A stretch of 64,000 nt of DNA from Hyphomicrobiales bacterium (GTDB taxonomy: Bacteria > Pseudomonadota > Alphaproteobacteria > Rhizobiales > Aestuariivirgaceae): NCBI GenBank assembly GCA_031430795.1, contig JANPCE010000057.1, forward strand, positions 22,643 to 86,642, written 5' to 3'. Positions within the stretch are counted from its first letter, which is position 1; every line of letters starts with the position of its first letter. The position numbers and the translations under genes are program-made. Below, one piece after another: positions 7,925 through 16,599 of this stretch. The notes below the pieces were generated by a model. It worked only from the letters and a program-made list of their open reading frames with translations, ran no database searches and was not told where the DNA came from.

Positions 7925-9067
7925 ATGCGTCATATTGTTTTTGCAACACTGGTTCTTGTTGGCGGCATGTCATCGGCCATGGCCGAAGACTGTGCTGCAC
8001 CCTGCATCGGCAGCAAGATTAGTTTCGGCTTGAACGGAGACAGTATATTTTCTGCCTCACCAAACACACTTGAGGCCACCTCACTTCTCCCGGAAATCGG
8101 CATCGAGTCATACTTCCGCCCTCTTGATAATTTCAAATTTGTCAGTGTCATGAGCCTTGATCAGGTGATTGATCCCGCTCCTGGCAGCAATTCAGTTTTC
8201 TCCGGCCTCGGCCTCTATCAAAGTGAACTTTACGCCGAATACACCTTTGACCCCGTCACACTGACCATCGGAAAAATCGCTCCCATATTCAGCCTTGCCG
8301 CCGATGTCGGGGACGGCGTCAATGCAGCGGATCTGGCTGGCAACGCCGACATGGACGAAAGCCTTGGCATGGCGGCCGCCGTTGATTTTGATCTCGCTGG
8401 CTATTCCCACACACTCACCGGAACCCTGTTCAGCGTGGACCGGAGTTTCCTGGCGAAGTCTTACTTCAACCACCGCCCCGTTCCAACTCTGGCCGATGGC
8501 GGCGCTGGCAATGCCAGGGGCTTTGCGTCCACGTCACTCGTCCTCGACGGCTGCATGGGTGCCGCTGTTGATGAGTGCCACGAGGACGGCCAGTTCGGAT
8601 ACAGGCTGGGTGTCCGCTACCAGCGCCATGGTGTACAAACCGAAGACCAGGCCGACGAAGACATTCTTCCGCAAAATGAGTTGGCCTTGCTTGGCGCACT
8701 GCAAAGCAATTTCGACGTCGGAGAGCACAAGCTGCGTCTGATGACAGAAGCCGCCTATATCAACAATCTCGACAGCAACCCCGTCGATGCCCTCATCCTC
8801 ACAAACATCGCTGCCTATGTCATGGACGACTGGATCCTCTCCGCTGCCCTCTCCCGCCAGTTCAATTCAAGTGCCGGCGTCAGAACGTCCGAAAAGCTTG
8901 CAGAGTTCGCGGCCATCTACAATCCCGAAGCCGACCCCGGCCTCCCCAACTCAGACTGGTCCATCTCCGCCGCTTATACGTTTGCCGAGGACGAGGAAAA
9001 CCAAAAAGCGCATCTGCTGAGTTTACGGCTGAACCTGGAGTTGGGCGGAAGTTATGCGCTGAAGTGA
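7925..9067 (+). CDS. Exported protein of unknown function, possibly an outer-membrane beta-barrel.
   Basis: GGGAGG SD followed by an ATG. The signal peptide is MRHIVFATLVLVGGMSSAMA-ED. The body has alternating hydrophobic and polar stretches rich in G, S, D and Y. The start was moved from 7841. Confidence 0.6.
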   Translation: MRHIVFATLVLVGGMSSAMAEDCAAPCIGSKISFGLNGDSIFSASPNTLEATSLLPEIGIESYFRPLDNFKFVSVMSLDQVIDPAPGSNSVFSGLGLYQSELYAEYTFDPVTLTIGKIAPIFSLAADVGDGVNAADLAGNADMDESLGMAAAVDFDLAGYSHTLTGTLFSVDRSFLAKSYFNHRPVPTLADGGAGNARGFASTSLVLDGCMGAAVDECHEDGQFGYRLGVRYQRHGVQTEDQADEDILPQNELALLGALQSNFDVGEHKLRLMTEAAYINNLDSNPVDALILTNIAAYVMDDWILSAALSRQFNSSAGVRTSEKLAEFAAIYNPEADPGLPNSDWSISAAYTFAEDEENQKAHLLSLRLNLELGGSYALK

Positions 9068-9125
9068 CGGTCCTTGCGGTGAACGGCAAAGTGGCCTTGT
9101 CAGCGACGGCGGTCAAGCACAAGTT

Positions 9126-9947
9126 TCAACACATCAGTTTCTTGGCAGTCGTCAGTTTCTTGGCAAGCTCCAGCATGATTTCCGCAGGCTCAGGCGCTTG
9201 GCCTTCACGCAAAGCGCTGGACACATCATCCCAATGTGTTCCGTGGACAGTGGGTGGTTGGATTTTAAAAGATCCACCAACATCCATAATTGGAAAAGCC
9301 AGCCATACAATTTCGCTGTTGCTTGTCGATGTGGTTTTGAAAGCCGGCAGTGCATTGAAAAAAGCTGTGTCAACGACGACGAAGAACTTCTTGCCCCAAC
9401 GCCGAAACACCGGCACCTTCAGTTGAAGCTGTGGCATCAGTCTCTTCTGGGCGGATGAACGAAAATCAGGGCGACGGTCTGAAATGGTTTCGTCAAGCTT
9501 CCCATTCTTCAGAAAGAAATTGAATGCCGGTCTGATGGCTTCACCAGAAAAGTAAGTGGCTTGTACTTCCAATGCTGCAAAGTCTGTGATTTGATCTTCA
9601 GATATTTTACCAAGCAGAAAATCCACTTTGCCAATCTTTTTTGTCTTGCCACTCTTTCTATCTTCGACGCGCAAAAGTTTGATTTCAGGAAAAACCGCAA
9701 ATTTGTTGCCTTTTCCAAAGGCAATTTCCGCCGCGGCTTTGAAAATTACATCCCCCTCCAAAAACCGGGATGGACAAATGGCTGTTGCATTCAAACCATT
9801 CGAAAGCGTGCAAATGCCCAGTGGATTGGGCTTGCTGCTCTTGGTGCAGGCAACATTTTTGAACGGACACTGCTTCCGGTTGCGCAAATCCTTTGCTTCA
9901 TCGCTTTGATCTTTGACATGGCGACCGAAGATTTCGGAAATCAGCAT
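9126..9947 (-). CDS. Type II restriction endonuclease, NotI-like family.
   Basis: The start overlaps the methyltransferase stop (TGATG). The N-terminus IFGRHV...CPF-x5-C-x11-C-x11-CPSRF carries a four-Cys cluster and, together with a later LEVQATYFSG block, resembles NotI as I recall it. The gene is AT-rich. Confidence 0.6.
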   Translation of the reverse strand: MLISEIFGRHVKDQSDEAKDLRNRKQCPFKNVACTKSSKPNPLGICTLSNGLNATAICPSRFLEGDVIFKAAAEIAFGKGNKFAVFPEIKLLRVEDRKSGKTKKIGKVDFLLGKISEDQITDFAALEVQATYFSGEAIRPAFNFFLKNGKLDETISDRRPDFRSSAQKRLMPQLQLKVPVFRRWGKKFFVVVDTAFFNALPAFKTTSTSNSEIVWLAFPIMDVGGSFKIQPPTVHGTHWDDVSSALREGQAPEPAEIMLELAKKLTTAKKLMC

Positions 9948-11041
9948 CAGGCCACCAACGCTTCAAGTTGCCCATCAAATCCACTTTCCTGCAAAGCTTG
10001 TGACAACAAAATTGTCTCGGCAATCCTCTGCGCCATGAGCGGTGGAACAGAGTTGCCCACTTGCACAAACTGGTCCGTCATCGAACCTGAGAAAACGAAA
10101 TTGTCGGGAAACGACTGTAACCTGGCGGCTTCCCTCACGCTGATTGCCCTGTCTTGTTCAGGGTGAATATAGGCGCCCCAATGAACGTCGCACTTCGTCA
10201 AGATGGTGCAGGAAAGCCCATCCCATTTCATCCGGCCATAGCGCTTCGTGTGATCAGATCGTTTTGCCTTTTTCATGCCTTCAGGCAACAACGCCACCGG
10301 AATGTCACGCCAACTGCCTCCCGGCGGAATGTGCTTCATGCGTCTCAAGTTGATTTCTGAAAGTTTTGGTGCGGCATGATTGTGCAGGTTGGGTTTTGCT
10401 CCAGCATACTTGCCGCCATTTTCAAGCGCAGGAAGATCGCCAATGGCCTGTTTGATTGTCACAAAAGGCTTTTTGCCAATTCCATGCGTGAGCGCGGGGA
10501 ACTGAACGGCATGTTTCGTCCTTGTGCCAATGAACACAACACGCCGTCTTTCTTGAGCCACGCCATAGTCTTCAGTTTTCAGAACGCGCCACTCAACGCG
10601 ATATCCCAAGTCTTGCAACGCGCAACTGATCTGCCCGATCACCCGTCCGCCTTCAATTGACAGCAACCCCGTCACATTCTCCATGACAATCCATTGTGGC
10701 AACAAACCTGCAACAATGCGAAGATAGTCTTTGAACAAATGGCTGCGCTGATCATGCATGCCTCTTTGATGATTGTAGACGCTGAAACCCTGGCAAGGCG
10801 GTCCACCCACGAGACATGTCAGTTCGCCTTTTGCCAAGCCTGAGTTGCGCAACAGCTGAGCAGCGCTGATGTCCTGCACTGAACCCGGCAAAAACACCGC
10901 GCCGTTATGGTTCGCAGCAAAAGTGCGGCCGGCAACTTCGTCAATGTCGTTACCCAAAAGCACTGTGAAGCCTGCGGCTTCAAAGCCGGAAGAAAGACCG
11001 CCTGCCCCGCAGAATAAATCAATGACCGTTGGTTTCCCCAT
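9947..11041 (-). CDS. DNA (cytosine-5)-methyltransferase.
   Basis: Motif I DLFCGAGG, motif IV GGPPCQGFS, motif VI MENV, motif VIII QERRRV and motif X GNSVPP, in canonical order. Confidence 0.95.
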   Translation of the reverse strand: MGKPTVIDLFCGAGGLSSGFEAAGFTVLLGNDIDEVAGRTFAANHNGAVFLPGSVQDISAAQLLRNSGLAKGELTCLVGGPPCQGFSVYNHQRGMHDQRSHLFKDYLRIVAGLLPQWIVMENVTGLLSIEGGRVIGQISCALQDLGYRVEWRVLKTEDYGVAQERRRVVFIGTRTKHAVQFPALTHGIGKKPFVTIKQAIGDLPALENGGKYAGAKPNLHNHAAPKLSEINLRRMKHIPPGGSWRDIPVALLPEGMKKAKRSDHTKRYGRMKWDGLSCTILTKCDVHWGAYIHPEQDRAISVREAARLQSFPDNFVFSGSMTDQFVQVGNSVPPLMAQRIAETILLSQALQESGFDGQLEALVA

Positions 11042-11046
11042 AACCC

Positions 11047-11075
11047 ATCTTACCTGTTCCGAATTTGTTCTTCAA
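11047..11075 (-). promoter_or_regulatory. Sigma-70-like promoter TTGAAG-N17-TAAGAT for the M-R operon. Only 5 nt separate the -10 element from the ATG, so the mRNA would be leaderless.
   Basis: The minus strand reads cagacTTGAAGaacaaattcggaacaggTAAGATgggttATG. There is no SD. Confidence 0.45.
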
Positions 11076-11080
11076 GTCTG

Positions 11081-11110
11081 AAAACACAAAACCCGGCGTC
11101 GCCGCCGGGT
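11081..11110 (-). terminator. Rho-independent terminator downstream of the YegP-like gene.
   Basis: The minus strand has ACCCGGCG-gcga-CGCCGGGT (8-bp stem) followed by TTTGTGTTTT. Confidence 0.65.
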
Positions 11111-11135
11111 CTGGACTTCACGCAACAAACAAAAC

Positions 11136-11441
11136 TCAGCCCTTGTAGCCGTTCATGCGCGCGTTGTTTTTCGCATTCGCGGGTGATGAGAACGCCTCTG
11201 TGGCTTTGCCAACCTGCTTGCCATTGGCCGTGGAGAAACAACGCCAGCGGCTTTTGCCAGACTTGTCTTTGTAGAATTCCCACTTGTCCCCAGCCGTGTC
11301 GCGGTTGGCGTTGGCTTCGCAGTCTTTTTTGGCCTTGTAGCTTTCAGACGACGCGCCAACGATTTCCTTGTTGGACGCCGTTCGGCGCCAGCGGAATTCG
11401 CCGCGTTTGTCTTTGTAAATATCCAGTGTGTAGTCTGCCAT
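11136..11441 (-). CDS. YegP/DUF1508 family protein (two tandem repeats).
   Basis: Two copies of YKDK(R/S)GxxRWR...NG(K/E)xxGxSxxYxSxxxAxxxA (YKDKRGEFRWRR..., YKDKSGKSRWRC...). Confidence 0.8.
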   Translation of the reverse strand: MADYTLDIYKDKRGEFRWRRTASNKEIVGASSESYKAKKDCEANANRDTAGDKWEFYKDKSGKSRWRCFSTANGKQVGKATEAFSSPANAKNNARMNGYKG

Positions 11442-11539
11442 TTGGTGTTTCCCCAGAAATGGCGGGATGTTTCCCGTCGCTTATTGGTCGACCAGCTTGC
11501 TTGAGTCTGGCAAGTGCGAATTCAAGTTCTCAACAGTTT

Positions 11540-11920
11540 TCAACTGTGGATTTCGACGTGCCACCACTTTGGCCGCCCGCCCTTGAAGGAATGATACGCG
11601 GGCTTCAATGGCAATAGATGCGGCTTGTCGAAGACGCCTGTGGCGAGCGCCACCACGGGCTTGTCGTCAATCGCCCCCAACGTCGACCCACATTTCGGGC
11701 AAAACGTCCGGGAGGAATAATCTGAAGACCGCCATTTGGAGGGCTTGTGCCCCATCCATTTCACGTCTTCTTTGGCGAATTCAACCCAGGTCAGTGTCAG
11801 GCCGCCAGAATGTCGCTGGCACATGCGGCAAGAACAGGTGTGGGGTTTTGCCGGAGCACCCCTGGCTTCAAAACGGATGTGCCCACACAAACATCCGCCC
11901 GGCAGAACTTTTTGCGTCAT
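11540..11920 (-). CDS. GFA / CENP-V family zinc-binding protein.
   Basis: GGCLCGHIRFE, CSCRMCQRHSGG and FCPKCGSTL cysteine motifs. Confidence 0.75.
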   Translation of the reverse strand: MTQKVLPGGCLCGHIRFEARGAPAKPHTCSCRMCQRHSGGLTLTWVEFAKEDVKWMGHKPSKWRSSDYSSRTFCPKCGSTLGAIDDKPVVALATGVFDKPHLLPLKPAYHSFKGGRPKWWHVEIHS

Positions 11921-12127
11921 GGCGTGGTTCTCAGATTTGGTTGTGAACGAATAACCCAGTATGCGGCAAGGTCAATCACCTGCCAACGTCGTCTTCATGA
12001 TCGGCTCAAGACTGTTGTTGGGAGTGGAAATCCTTAGCCAGTTCTGGATTGTCCCGAAACTAGCCGATCCACAGCGCGGTGTCAAGCACTATTTTCCTGC
12101 CATGAGAATGTCACAATTGAAAGCGCT

Positions 12128-12691
12128 TTATTCCGCTTTTGCCACCCCAACCAAGGCGGGACGAAGGCAACGTTCGCCCACGGCATAGCCCGACTGCACT
12201 TCCTGCATGACTGTACCGGGTGCGCGCTCCGACGTTGGAATTTCAAACATGGCCTGATGGAAATTCGGATTGAACTTTTCGCCAACAGTTTCCAGTTTGC
12301 GGATGTTGTGGCGCTGGAACACCGAGAGCAATTCACGCTCCGTCAGATCGATGCCATCGAGAAATTTTTTCATCACGTCGTCAACAATGTCGCGCTCTTC
12401 CGCCGGCACAGCACCCAGTGCGCGGTTCAGCGAATCCGCAACGCTCAATAAGTCACGCGCAAAATTCGTGGCGGCATAAAGCACGCCTTCGGCTTTTTCG
12501 CGCTCAAGCCGCTTCCTGGTGTTTTCCGATTCCGCCGCATAGCGCAGAAGCCGATCCTTCGCCGCGGCAACTTCTTCCTTCAACGCGAAGATTTCCGCAT
12601 CGCGCGGATCAATCTCAGCGCCCGCATTCTGCAAAATCTCGTCCGCCGCAGCTTCAAGCTCTGCGTTGTCCTGTTCAGGTGTATCGCTCAT
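12128..12691 (-). CDS. grpE: Nucleotide exchange factor GrpE.
   Basis: 187 aa with an acidic N-terminus, a long coiled helix and a C-terminal beta domain (FHQAMFEIP...GTVMQEVQSGY). Located downstream of hrcA. Confidence 0.93.
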   Translation of the reverse strand: MSDTPEQDNAELEAAADEILQNAGAEIDPRDAEIFALKEEVAAAKDRLLRYAAESENTRKRLEREKAEGVLYAATNFARDLLSVADSLNRALGAVPAEERDIVDDVMKKFLDGIDLTERELLSVFQRHNIRKLETVGEKFNPNFHQAMFEIPTSERAPGTVMQEVQSGYAVGERCLRPALVGVAKAE

Positions 12692-12725
12692 GTCTCAACC
12701 AAATTGTTCGGAATTTCAGGCCTGC

Positions 12726-12754
12726 ATATCGGGGTTTCGCGGCCAAAAATCAAG
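12726..12754 (-). promoter_or_regulatory. Sigma-32-type promoter for grpE; the -35 element overlaps the end of hrcA.
   Basis: The minus strand reads CTTGAT-ttttggccgcgaaa-CCCCGATAT, about 35 nt upstream of the grpE ATG. The architecture matches the dnaK promoter at 4121-4149. Confidence 0.5.
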
Positions 12755-13838
12755 AGATCAACTTGCCCACAACTTTCGCCGTGTAATCCACCATCGGAAT
12801 GATGCGCGCATAGTTCAGCCGCGTCGGCCCGATGATGCCAAGCACGCCGACGATTTTTTCCTGCTCGTTTTTCAGTGGTGCCGCGACCAGCGACGAACCC
12901 GAGAGCGAGAACAAGCGATTTTCAGCGCCGATGAAAATCCGAACCCCCTCAGCCCCCTCGGCATTGCCCAGCAAATCTGCAAGGTCACGCTTGTTCTCAA
13001 TGTCCTCGAACAAACGCCGCATGCGCTCAAGATCTGCGGCAGCGGTGGCGTTCTCCAACAGATTTGCCTGGCCCCGCACAATCAGCGAGCGATTGTCCGC
13101 ACTCTGTTCGCCCGTCCACACCGCAAGACCGTCCTGCACCAGTTTCGCAGAAACTGAATCGAGCTCGCTGCGCAACTGCGTGACCTCCTGGGCAATGGCA
13201 AACTGCACCTCATTCAATGTTTTGCCCTGCGCCTGTGCCGACAAATAATTTGTGGCGCGCATGAAAGCCGCTGGCGGCAATCCGGCGGGCACTTCAATCA
13301 CACGGTTTTCAACAGCACCATCCTCGCCCACCAAAATCACAAGTGCACGGCCCGGTGCCAAATTCACAAATTCGATGTGCTTCAGGCGCACGGACATTTT
13401 CGGTGCCAACACAACGCCCGCACATTGCGAGAGGCCGGACAGCAACATCGTCGCCTCGCCCAAGACATCTTCAACTTTACGGCTGCGGTTTGTTGCCCTG
13501 ATCTGCGAATCGATGCGCGCGCGTTCATTCTCGGAGATTGCGCCAATCTCCAGAAGTGAATCGACAAAGAACCGCAAACCCATGTCCGTTGGCATGCGCC
13601 CCGCCGATGTGTGCGTCGAATGGATGAGCCCTGCCTCTTCCAAATCCATCATCACATTGCGCACAGACGCAGGCGACAAGGAGTTCGGCAGAACTTTGGA
13701 AATGGTGCGCGAACCCACAGGCTCACCCGTTTCCAGATAGGTATCAACCAGTCTCCGGAAAATCTCGCGGCTCCTCTGGTCCAGGCCAGCGATGCCTGAA
13801 AGTTTTTCGTCAACGGGTCTCGGCGGAATGATCGACAT
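12750..13838 (-). CDS. hrcA: Heat-inducible transcription repressor HrcA.
   Basis: About 362 aa with an N-terminal winged helix (SREIFRRLVDTYLETGEPVGSRTIS) and HrcA-family length and order. ATG at 13838 is preferred over the TTG at 13841. Confidence 0.93.
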   Translation of the reverse strand: MSIIPPRPVDEKLSGIAGLDQRSREIFRRLVDTYLETGEPVGSRTISKVLPNSLSPASVRNVMMDLEEAGLIHSTHTSAGRMPTDMGLRFFVDSLLEIGAISENERARIDSQIRATNRSRKVEDVLGEATMLLSGLSQCAGVVLAPKMSVRLKHIEFVNLAPGRALVILVGEDGAVENRVIEVPAGLPPAAFMRATNYLSAQAQGKTLNEVQFAIAQEVTQLRSELDSVSAKLVQDGLAVWTGEQSADNRSLIVRGQANLLENATAAADLERMRRLFEDIENKRDLADLLGNAEGAEGVRIFIGAENRLFSLSGSSLVAAPLKNEQEKIVGVLGIIGPTRLNYARIIPMVDYTAKVVGKLIS

Positions 13839-13883
13839 CAAGGTTATTTATGGTAAGAGCGCGCAAAATCAAAGGATCATCAG

Positions 13884-14600
13884 ATGACACGACCCTCTGG
13901 CCGCAAGGTCAACGAATTGCGCGCCGTTTCTTTCACCCGCGGATTTACCAAACACGCGGAAGGGTCATGCCTCGTCAAATTCGGCGAAACCCATGTTCTG
14001 GTCACCGCGTCTCTCGATGAAAAAGTTCCGCCGTGGATGAAGGGCAAGGGCAAAGGCTGGGTCACCGCCGAATATGGCATGCTGCCCCGCGCCACCCACG
14101 AACGTACGCGCCGCGAAGCCACCGCCGGCAAACAATCCGGCCGCACCCAGGAAATCCAGCGTCTGATTGGCCGCTCCATGCGCGCTGTCGTTGACCTTGA
14201 ATTGCTGGGCGAACGGCAAATCACATTGGATTGCGATGTGCTGCAAGCCGATGGCGGAACGCGCACCGCGTCCATCACCGGCGCATGGGTTGCACTTTAC
14301 GATTGCCTGAAGGGCATGGAAAAGCGCGGGCTTTTCACCAAGTGGCCGCTGAAAGACCATGTCGCGGCAATTTCCTGCGGCGTTGTAGATGGCGTTGCGG
14401 TCGCTGACCTGGATTATCCCGAAGACTCGTCCGCAGGCACAGATGCAAACTTTGTGATGACAGGTTCCGGTGGCATTGTTGAAATTCAGGGTACCGCCGA
14501 AGGTGAACCCTTCAGCGAAGATATGCTCCGTGAACTGATGAATTTGGCAAAAAGCGGGATTGCCGATCTCGTCGCATTGCAAAAGGCAACGGTGGCCTGA
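13884..14600 (+). CDS. rph: Ribonuclease PH.
   Basis: 238 aa with [18 protein letters not shown] and [15 protein letters not shown]. Confidence 0.97.
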   Translation: MTRPSGRKVNELRAVSFTRGFTKHAEGSCLVKFGETHVLVTASLDEKVPPWMKGKGKGWVTAEYGMLPRATHERTRREATAGKQSGRTQEIQRLIGRSMRAVVDLELLGERQITLDCDVLQADGGTRTASITGAWVALYDCLKGMEKRGLFTKWPLKDHVAAISCGVVDGVAVADLDYPEDSSAGTDANFVMTGSGGIVEIQGTAEGEPFSEDMLRELMNLAKSGIADLVALQKATVA

Positions 14601-15217
14601 TGCGTTCGCTGAAAGGTCAGAAAATCCTCATCGCCACCCACAACAAGGGCAAGCTCGAGGAGTTCCGCGAAATTTTCGCACCCCACGGCGTGGACGTGAC
14701 CAGTGCCGGAGAAATGAACTTGGGCGAACCTGAAGAAACCGAAGACAGTTTCATCGGCAATGCGAGGATCAAGGCGAAAGCCGCGGTGGAAGCCACAGGC
14801 CTCATCACCATCGCTGATGACTCTGGCCTCTGTGTTGATGCCCTGGGTGGCGCACCCGGCGTCTACACCGCCGATTGGGCCGGACCATCACGTGACTGGA
14901 TGCAGGCCATGCGACTGGTCGAGGAGAAGCTTCAAGCCAAAGGTGCTGTGACGCCTGACCAACGCACGGCATCCTTCAACTGCACCCTTCTCGTGCTTTG
15001 GCCGGACGGCGAAGAACGCATCTACGTCGGCAAGGCCCCGGGCCATCTGTCATGGCCACCACGGGGCGCTTTCGGCCATGGCTATGATCCGATTTTTGTG
15101 CCGGAGTGGCAATCCAAAACTTTTTCAGAACTGAGCCACGAAGATAAAAACAAAATCTCCCATCGCGGAAGAGCGCTGGAACTGCTGATGAAGGATTTGT
15201 TTTCTCCCTTGCGCTGA
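14600..15217 (+). CDS. rdgB: Non-canonical purine NTP pyrophosphatase (RdgB/HAM1).
   Basis: IATHNKGKLEEF, ETEDSFIGNARIKA and GHGYDPIF...ISHRG motifs. TGATG overlap with rph. Confidence 0.93.
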   Translation: MRSLKGQKILIATHNKGKLEEFREIFAPHGVDVTSAGEMNLGEPEETEDSFIGNARIKAKAAVEATGLITIADDSGLCVDALGGAPGVYTADWAGPSRDWMQAMRLVEEKLQAKGAVTPDQRTASFNCTLLVLWPDGEERIYVGKAPGHLSWPPRGAFGHGYDPIFVPEWQSKTFSELSHEDKNKISHRGRALELLMKDLFSPLR

Positions 15218-15219
15218 AA

Positions 15220-15317
15220 GCGTGAGGGAGTGGCGCGAAGCGCCGAGGGAGTATGTCGGCCTGGCTCGGTGCACGCTGACACACTCCCTCCCCGCCTTCT
15301 GCGGTACTCCCTCACGC
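15220..15317. repeat. Nested GC-rich palindromic element between the convergent rdgB and kinase genes.
   Basis: The outer arms GCGTGAGGGAGT (15220-15231) and ACTCCCTCACGC (15306-15317) are a perfect match. The inner arms are GAGGGAGT (15245-15252) and ACTCCCTC (15283-15290). Confidence 0.75.
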
Positions 15318-15338
15318 CTTCGGCGCACGGGAGAAAAA

Positions 15339-16328
15339 TTACAGCAACCCCTGCTCTCTCGCGCAAACCGCCAAATTCACTTCCGGCCTTGGACCAATAT
15401 GCGAAATCACTTCTGCCGCCGCGAGGCTTCCCAGCCTTGCACAATGGGCCAATGGTTTTCCAGCGGTGTAGCCAAACAAAAATCCAGACGCATAAAGATC
15501 GCCGGCACCTGTCACATCAATCACCTGTTTCACGGGATGTGCTGGAACCTCAATCGTGTCCTGACCCTTCACAATCACGCTGCCTTTTTCAGACCGTGTC
15601 ACCACTGCGATTGCACAGTCTTTTCGGATCGCATCAATGGCGCCTGAAAAATTCTGTGTCTTGTAAAGCGACTTGATTTCACTTTCATTGGCAAACACAA
15701 TGTTGATGCTGCTTTTGATCAGCGACAGAAAATCTTCGCGGTGGCGTTCCACACAAAAACTGTCTGACAGGGTGATGGAGGTCAATTTGCCGGCACCTTG
15801 CGAAATCTTCGCCGCTTCACGAAACGCGGCTTTGGCGGCGGGCTTGTCATAGAGATAGCCTTCCATGTAGGTGACATCCGCCGCTGATACAATTTCAGCG
15901 TCAATGTCCCTCTCGTTCAAATCCACGCAGGCCCCGAGATATGTGTTCATGGTGCGCTCGCCATCCGGTGTCACCAAAATGAAGGAGCGCGCGGTTGCTG
16001 GCCCTTCTGTTGCGGCGGGCGTGTCAAACGTCACGCCAATGGCGCGCATGTCGTGGCGGTAGATGCCGCCAAGCTGGTCTGCCCGCACTTTGCCGATGTA
16101 AGCGGCCTTGCCGCCAAAGCTGCCGATGCCTGCCGCTGTGTTGCCAGCCGAGCCGCCAGAGGTTTCAGTCGCGGATCCCATCACAGAATAAAGCTGTTCG
16201 GCACGCTCCTCGTCGATCAGATTCATCGAGCCCTTGACCAATCTTTCCCTGATGACAAAGGCTTCATCAACTTTGGCAATAACATCGACGATGGCGTTGC
16301 CGATGGTGAGGACGTGGTGGTGGGACAT
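15339..16328 (-). CDS. PfkB-family kinase, adenosine kinase-like.
   Basis: N-terminal LTIGNAIVDV and GGSAGNTA, and C-terminal DVTGAGDLYASGFL (PfkB signature 2). The start was moved to the ATG at 16328 because the track extension translates a repeat element. Confidence 0.85.
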   Translation of the reverse strand: MSHHHVLTIGNAIVDVIAKVDEAFVIRERLVKGSMNLIDEERAEQLYSVMGSATETSGGSAGNTAAGIGSFGGKAAYIGKVRADQLGGIYRHDMRAIGVTFDTPAATEGPATARSFILVTPDGERTMNTYLGACVDLNERDIDAEIVSAADVTYMEGYLYDKPAAKAAFREAAKISQGAGKLTSITLSDSFCVERHREDFLSLIKSSINIVFANESEIKSLYKTQNFSGAIDAIRKDCAIAVVTRSEKGSVIVKGQDTIEVPAHPVKQVIDVTGAGDLYASGFLFGYTAGKPLAHCARLGSLAAAEVISHIGPRPEVNLAVCAREQGLL

Positions 16329-16355
16329 GCTGAAATTCCTTGTTGCGGGGCAGGG

Positions 16356-16531
16356 CAATCGCTTGAAGCCAAGGGACCTCTCCCCCGCTTCGCGGACCCT
16401 CTCCGAAGCGGAGAGGGACTTCTTGCAGCGACCTCCCATATTACTGTTCAGGGCGCACGCACCACGGGTCCCTCCCTCCTGGGGAGGGTACGGCGAAGCC
16501 GGGGGAGAGGTCCCTTGGCTTCAAGCGATCG
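16356..16531. repeat. MITE-like nested-palindrome element, copy 1 (31-bp terminal inverted repeats).
   Basis: The terminal repeats are CAATCGCTTGAAGCCAAGGGACCTCTCCCCC and GGGGGAGAGGTCCCTTGGCTTCAAGCGATcG. There are internal hairpins (CCCTCTCCgaagcGGAGAGGG). The element is flanked by imperfect 18-bp direct repeats at 16338-16355 and 16532-16549. Confidence 0.85.
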
Positions 16532-16599
16532 CCTTGGTTGCGGGGCTGGCTAGCGGAGAACCCTTGCTGAAACAAGCCTGACGCATTACGTCTGCACGC

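Noticed and set aside
11961-12188. A 75-codon ORF in the gap between the GFA and grpE genes; the region was also checked for a tRNA or small RNA.
   Set aside because: It has no SD and no motif, and it overlaps the grpE 3-prime end. No cloverleaf-like structure or conserved tRNA boxes are visible in 11921-12127.
13842-13883. A possible sigma-32-like promoter (CTTTGAT..CCATAAAT) in the 45-nt hrcA/rph divergent gap.
   Set aside because: Both hexamers deviate from the consensus, and the -10 element would lie only about 4 nt from the start codon. It is weaker than the dnaK and grpE candidates and cannot be supported by eye.
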